In this document: piece after piece, positions 59,262-64,000 of the stretch
Numbering within the stretch: position 1 is the first letter of the stretch
Layout of the letters: every line of letters starts with the position of its first letter
Assembly: GCA_035566635.1 (NCBI GenBank)
Contig: DATMQY010000005.1
Span: forward strand, 223,562 to 287,561
Direction: 5' to 3'
Source: Rhodanobacter sp.
Lineage (GTDB): Bacteria; Pseudomonadota; Gammaproteobacteria; Xanthomonadales; Rhodanobacteraceae
Length of the DNA: 64,000 nucleotides
The notes under the pieces: model-generated
Told to the model about the DNA's origin: nothing
Seen by the model: only the letters and a program-made list of their open reading frames with translations
Database searches by the model: none
Position numbers and translations under genes: made by a program

Positions 59262-61046
59262 ATGGCCAGCAAGCTGGAAGCACTCGAGCATTGGGTAAAC
59301 GAAGTGGCGGCGCTCACGCGCCCCGCACAGGTTCACTGGTGCGACGGCTCCGACGCCGAGTACCAGGCACTGGTGCAGCAGATGCTGCACACCGGCACCC
59401 TGATCGAGCTGAACCAGCAGACCCATCCGGGCTGCTATCTGCACCGCTCCAACCCTTCCGACGTGGCCCGTGTCGAACACCTGACCTTCGTCTGTCACCC
59501 CGACGAGCAGGACAGTGGCCCGAACAACCACTGGATGGCCCCTGCCGACGCGCACGCGAAGATCGATGCACTATTTGACGGCTGCATGGAAGGCCGCACC
59601 ATGTACGTGATTCCGTACTGCATGGGCCCGATCGACTCGCCGCTGGCACGCTGCGGCGTGGAGATCACCGACAGCCCGTACGTGGTCGCCAACATGAAGA
59701 TCATGACCCGCATGGGCGCCGCCGCGCAGGCGCGGATCGAACGCGAGGGTACGTTCGTCAAAGGCTTGCACTCGACCGGCGAACTCGACCCCGAACGCCG
59801 CTTCATCATGCACTTCCCGGCCGAACTGTCGATCAAGTCGTACGGCTCCGGCTACGGTGGCAATGCGCTGCTGGGTAAGAAGTGCCACGCGTTGCGCATT
59901 GCCAGCGAACAGGCGCGCAACGAAGGCTGGCTGGCCGAGCACATGCTGATCGTGGGCATTGAGGATCCCCGCGGCGACACGCACTACATCGCCGCCGCGT
60001 TCCCGTCCGCCTGTGGCAAGACCAATCTGGCGATGCTGATACCGCCGGCGGGTTATCGCCAGGATGGCTGGAAGGTGTGGACGATCGGCGACGACATCTG
60101 CTGGATGCGTCCCGGCGCGGATGGACGTCTATACGCGATCAACCCGGAAGCCGGTTTCTTCGGCGTGGCACCGGGTACCAGCGACGCCACCAACCCCAAT
60201 GCGCTGAAGAGCATCTCGCACGACACCATCTTCACCAACGTCGCGGTCACCGCCGACAACCAGCCGTGGTGGGAAGGCCTGCCCGGCATGCCGGTCACCG
60301 ACTGGCAGGGACGTCCGTACGATGCCGCCAACGGCCCCGCCGCGCATCCGAATTCACGCTTCACGGTCAGCGCGAAGCAATGTCCGACCTGGTCGGAAAT
60401 GGCCGAGGCAGCGCAGGGCGTGCCGATCAGCGCGATCGTGTTTGGCGGCCGTCGCCCATCCCTGCTGCCGCTGGTGATGGAAGCGCGCGACTGGGGCCAC
60501 GGTGTGCTGATGGGCGCCGCGATGGGCTCGGAAACCACCGCCGCCGCCACCGGTGCGGTCGGTGTGCTGCGCCGCGACTCGATGGCGATGAAACCGTTCT
60601 GCGGCTACCACTACGGCGACTATTTCGCGCACTGGCTGGCGTTCGAGCAACCCGGCGCGAAGCTGCCGAAGATCTTCCACGTCAACTGGTTCCGCAAGGG
60701 CGCGGACGGCAAATTCCTGTGGCCGGGTTTCGGCGACAACCTGCGCGTGCTGGAGTGGATGATCAACCGCGTCGAGGATCGCGTGGCCGGCGTCGAAACC
60801 CCGGTCGGCATCGTGCCCGCAGTAGACGAACTCGAGCTGGACGGCCTCAAGCTCGACCCTGCCCAGCTCGATGAATTGCTCGACGTGGACACCGCCGGCT
60901 GGCAGCGCGAACTCGCTGCAATCGGCGAGTACCTGCAAACCCTTGCCCCGCGCCTGCCGGAATCCCTGCGCAAGGAACAGCAGCGCGTGGCCAAAGCTCT
61001 GGATGAAGCGGACGTCCGGCCGCGCCGCGAAGCCGCCGCACACTGA
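59262..61046 (+). CDS. pckG: Phosphoenolpyruvate carboxykinase (GTP)
   Basis: DVARVE, SYGSGYGGNALLGKKCHALR, FPSACGKTN, IGDDI, AAHPNSRF, FHVNWFRK. Confidence 0.95.
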   Translation: MASKLEALEHWVNEVAALTRPAQVHWCDGSDAEYQALVQQMLHTGTLIELNQQTHPGCYLHRSNPSDVARVEHLTFVCHPDEQDSGPNNHWMAPADAHAKIDALFDGCMEGRTMYVIPYCMGPIDSPLARCGVEITDSPYVVANMKIMTRMGAAAQARIEREGTFVKGLHSTGELDPERRFIMHFPAELSIKSYGSGYGGNALLGKKCHALRIASEQARNEGWLAEHMLIVGIEDPRGDTHYIAAAFPSACGKTNLAMLIPPAGYRQDGWKVWTIGDDICWMRPGADGRLYAINPEAGFFGVAPGTSDATNPNALKSISHDTIFTNVAVTADNQPWWEGLPGMPVTDWQGRPYDAANGPAAHPNSRFTVSAKQCPTWSEMAEAAQGVPISAIVFGGRRPSLLPLVMEARDWGHGVLMGAAMGSETTAAATGAVGVLRRDSMAMKPFCGYHYGDYFAHWLAFEQPGAKLPKIFHVNWFRKGADGKFLWPGFGDNLRVLEWMINRVEDRVAGVETPVGIVPAVDELELDGLKLDPAQLDELLDVDTAGWQRELAAIGEYLQTLAPRLPESLRKEQQRVAKALDEADVRPRREAAAH

Positions 61047-61155
61047 GCCAGCGCATCCGGGCGGATCATCACATCCGCCCGGGATGCTTCCATAGCAAGG
61101 ACACTGCGGCAGCGGTTCAAACCCTTTCGCACGACGACGCATCCAAGCTGGCAAG

Positions 61156-61734
61156 ATGATCGCCGCCTGCCCTGCCATTGGAAGCTCCATGTCGCCTGCC
61201 CCAACGGGAGCCAACGACACCGATGACGTGCGCGCCGCGGCTGCCGGCGATCGCCAGGCATTCCAGCGGCTGTATCGGCTGCATGTGGGCCGGGTGCACG
61301 GCGCGGTGTACCGGCTTGCCGGCTACGACCATGCGCGCGCCGAGGATCTGACCCAGGATGCGTTCATCCGCGCCTGGCAAAAGCTGCCGGGTTTTCGCCA
61401 CGAGAGCGCGTTTGGCACCTGGCTGTATCGGCTCGCAGTGAACGTGGCGCTGATGGATATCCGCGCCCGCGGCGCCGATCCGGTCAGCATGCTGGACGAC
61501 GAACATTTGCCGGACACCGGCTCCACCCCGTTCTGCGCCGCCGAACGCGACGAACTGGAACGCGCGATCGGCCAACTGCCACCGCGAGCCCGCGCCGTGC
61601 TGGTGTTGCACGATATCGAGGGCTGGCTCCACGAGGAGATCGGCAGCGAACTGGGCATGGCGGTCGGTACGTCGAAAGCGCAACTGCATCGCGCCCGCGG
61701 CCTGCTGCGCAAAATATTGGGAGAAAAGTCATGA
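61156..61734 (+). CDS. ECF RNA polymerase sigma factor
   Basis: AEDLTQDAF..AW, FGTWLYRLAVN, LHDIEG..HEEI...LG...GTSKAQLHRAR. Start may be 61156 or 61189. Confidence 0.92.
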   Translation: MIAACPAIGSSMSPAPTGANDTDDVRAAAAGDRQAFQRLYRLHVGRVHGAVYRLAGYDHARAEDLTQDAFIRAWQKLPGFRHESAFGTWLYRLAVNVALMDIRARGADPVSMLDDEHLPDTGSTPFCAAERDELERAIGQLPPRARAVLVLHDIEGWLHEEIGSELGMAVGTSKAQLHRARGLLRKILGEKS

Positions 61735-62186
61735 ACGAATTCGAATGGCGTCGGCAGATGCGCGACCTGCGCCAGCCGCTCACACCGCAGCGCGATCTGT
61801 GGACCTCGATCGACGCCGCACTGGACGATACGGAACGCACGCATGCGCCGGTGATCCAGGCAGTGTCCGAGCATCCGCCGAAACACCGGCAGCATTGGCT
61901 GTTGGCCGCCAGTCTCGCCGCCTCGGTAGTGCTGATCGGCAGCATCGGCTGGCATCTGCTGCAAGCGCCGGTGACCCCACGGATCGCTAGCATCAGCAAG
62001 GCTCCGGCAAGCTGGAAACCGGCCGATCCACGCCTGGCCGGTGCCGCGATCGAACTGGATGCCGCGCGCATGGAACTGCAACTGGCGATCCAGCAGGCAC
62101 CTCATTCACCGGCGCTGCAGCGCCTGCTCGACCGCACCGAATTGCAACAGGCGCAACTGCGCCAATTAGCCAACCAGGCCGGTTGA
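61731..62186 (+). CDS. Single-TM protein, putative anti-sigma factor
   Basis: ATGA overlap with the sigma gene; one hydrophobic segment WLLAASLAASVVLIGSIGW. Confidence 0.7.
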   Translation: MNEFEWRRQMRDLRQPLTPQRDLWTSIDAALDDTERTHAPVIQAVSEHPPKHRQHWLLAASLAASVVLIGSIGWHLLQAPVTPRIASISKAPASWKPADPRLAGAAIELDAARMELQLAIQQAPHSPALQRLLDRTELQQAQLRQLANQAG

Positions 62187-62203
62187 TACCTACAGGAATG
62201 CCC

Positions 62204-63106
62204 ATGAAAACCACCCGCTATCTTCCGCTGCTGCTGTGTCTGTGCATCGGCCACGCGCTCGCTGACACACCGATCCAGCTGCGCCATGACGCCACTCCGA
62301 CGGCCCGCGTCAGCATCAGCAATATCGCCGGCACGGTGAACGTGATCGCCTGGAATCGCAACGAGGTGCAGGTCAGCGGCCAGCTCGGCAATGGCAGCAA
62401 GCCGCTGACCATCACCGGCAGCAATGGCGACATGACGATCAAGGTCGAACCGCAGGGCGGCTCCGGCTGGTTCAACTGGAAAGGCGACAACAACATGGCG
62501 CCGACCACGCTGGAACTGCATGTGCCCGAGGCCGCCTCGCTGGACATCGACGTGGTCAGTGCGCCGCTGGTCATCGACGGCATGGATGGCGGCAGCATCG
62601 CGGTCAATACGGTCAGCGGCAAGGCGCGCATTAACGCCCGCACGCCCTCGCTGAAAGTGGACAGCGTTAGCGGCGGCATCGAGCTGGCCGGACATGCCGA
62701 ACAGGCCGACCTGCAGACCGTCAGCGGCGAAATTCTGGCGCCCGCACTCGGCAGCGACGTCAAGCTGCAGACCATTTCCGGCCGTATCCAGGCCGCTGGC
62801 GGCCCATGGCGGAAACTCACCCTCAGCACGGTATCCGGCGACGTGCAGCTGACCGGCGGACTGACCGTCGACGGCAGCCTGGGCATCGACAGCATGAGCG
62901 GCGACGTGCAGCTGCAATTGCCCGCGAACACCTCCGGCAACCTGCACGCCAGCAGCTTCAGTGGCAACCTGCGTAGCGACTTCGGCACGCCGAAGGAACC
63001 CGAGCACGGCCCCGGCAGCTCATTGAATGTCCGCCTTGGCGATGGCAGCGGCAAGATCAACATCGAAACCTTCAGCGGCGACCTGCGCGTTCGCAAGCAG
63101 AACTGA
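62204..63106 (+). CDS. DUF4097-type beta-strand repeat periplasmic protein
   Basis: Signal peptide and repeated (T/S)VSG motifs (NTVSG, DSVSG, QTVSG, QTISG, STVSG, DSMSG, SSFSG, ETFSG). Confidence 0.88.
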   Translation: MKTTRYLPLLLCLCIGHALADTPIQLRHDATPTARVSISNIAGTVNVIAWNRNEVQVSGQLGNGSKPLTITGSNGDMTIKVEPQGGSGWFNWKGDNNMAPTTLELHVPEAASLDIDVVSAPLVIDGMDGGSIAVNTVSGKARINARTPSLKVDSVSGGIELAGHAEQADLQTVSGEILAPALGSDVKLQTISGRIQAAGGPWRKLTLSTVSGDVQLTGGLTVDGSLGIDSMSGDVQLQLPANTSGNLHASSFSGNLRSDFGTPKEPEHGPGSSLNVRLGDGSGKINIETFSGDLRVRKQN

Positions 63107-63131
63107 CGACAGCTTGACCGGCTGCTCAAAT

Positions 63132-63163
63132 GAAAACGCCGTCGCATCCGCGACGGCGTTTTC
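63132..63163. terminator. Bidirectional terminator between convergent genes
   Basis: GAAAACGCCGTCGC-atcc-GCGACGGCGTTTTC. Confidence 0.85.
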
Positions 63164-63192
63164 GTCTCAGCCGGTAGGTGCCACCCGGCGGA

Positions 63193-63999
63193 TCAAAGAT
63201 CCTGGTGATACTGCACGTACGGCGTGCGCGACTGATCCGGCTCCGGACCCGCCGGTGTGTTGGCCGGCGTGCCGGACGACCACAGGTTCTGCGCACCGAC
63301 ACTCAGCGCACCGCGCCACGGCAGACGCCAAGTCACGCCGAGATCAATGCTGTTCCAACGACGATCCGCATTGAAACCGCCCGGAATGCCGGCCTGCGGC
63401 TGCATCGTGCGACCGGTCAGGACACCGCTCAACGGGCCGTGGTCGATACCGAAACTCAACGCTTTCTGATCCAGCGTACTGACGCCGAGCAGGTTGCCCG
63501 GCAACAGGTGGATGCGACCGACGCTGGCGCCCAGATCGATACCGCTCTTGCTGCCCAGGGCCAGGCGGCCATGCGCGCTGAACTGGGCGCTGTTGTCGAA
63601 ACTGGAGAGACCATCGACGCCCGGCGCGGCGCCCGGAAGCACGCGCGGCAGGATACTGTTGTTGGTCGTGCTGGTCGTGCCGACACTCACGCCGAGACTG
63701 TAACGGCCGGCGTCGTACGTGGCACCCACTTCGCTGCCGAGTATCCGCGAGCGCTGGTCGGCCCACGAGTGCTCACTGATTTCGGCATGTGCCTGCAGCC
63801 TCGGGCCAAGGCCGTATTGCAAGCCGGTCGTCATTACGCTGGCCGCATCGACCGCATGCAATGCCAGCGGTGCATTCTTGCGCAACGCATCGGCACCAGT
63901 GCTTTGATCCGCCTTGAGCGCCAGCAGGCGGCCATCGGCGCCACGCCACAGCGGCACCACGACACCAGGCTCGACTTCAGTCATCTGGTCCGGCGGCTG
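63193..63999 (-). CDS. Hypothetical protein, 5'-truncated by the window edge
   Basis: The frame stays open to the window end; beta-strand-like alternating pattern; ends TPYVQYHQDL. Confidence 0.7.
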   Translation of the reverse strand, partial: QPPDQMTEVEPGVVVPLWRGADGRLLALKADQSTGADALRKNAPLALHAVDAASVMTTGLQYGLGPRLQAHAEISEHSWADQRSRILGSEVGATYDAGRYSLGVSVGTTSTTNNSILPRVLPGAAPGVDGLSSFDNSAQFSAHGRLALGSKSGIDLGASVGRIHLLPGNLLGVSTLDQKALSFGIDHGPLSGVLTGRTMQPQAGIPGGFNADRRWNSIDLGVTWRLPWRGALSVGAQNLWSSGTPANTPAGPEPDQSRTPYVQYHQDL

Positions 64000-64000
64000 C

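Overview
High-GC gammaproteobacterial chromosome segment. Gene content and order (ssb, ispB, metX-metB-hom behind a SAM-I riboswitch, GTP-type pck, fadE, yceI-yceJ-yceI) suggest Xanthomonadales, probably Rhodanobacteraceae; this is inference. Layout: (1) 1-8620, accessory-looking block with an APC permease, TetR plus amidohydrolase, two tandem secreted GH27 alpha-galactosidases divergent from galM, and a secreted hypothetical, with degenerate repeat motifs at module boundaries. (2) ssb, then an expanded kdp operon on the minus strand: a 30-aa membrane peptide, kdpF, kdpA, kdpB, a 70-aa acidic ORF, an outer-membrane beta-barrel, kdpC, kdpD, kdpE. (3) DedA-rhodanese and ispB. (4) An AT-richer cassette with a short signal-peptide-bearing RHS-core toxin, a putative immunity gene and a frameshifted gene, next to a composite structured repeat with a GTAG-type REP. 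(5) Housekeeping and metabolic genes, including the met operon with a SAM-I riboswitch and an unexpected tandem array of MetJ-type boxes. (6) Signalling genes (CheB-CheR-PAS-HWE kinase, CHASE3 hybrid kinase, REC-GGDEF), a stand-alone divergent EF-G, prfC, a fatty-acid catabolism cluster, pckG and an ECF sigma operon. No rRNA, tRNA, CRISPR array, integrase or intact transposase was seen. Best leads: the Kdp operon with an embedded porin and extra small proteins, the mini-RHS toxin/immunity cassette, and the Met-box array stacked on the SAM-I riboswitch promoter. All family names come from motif recognition; no database search was run.
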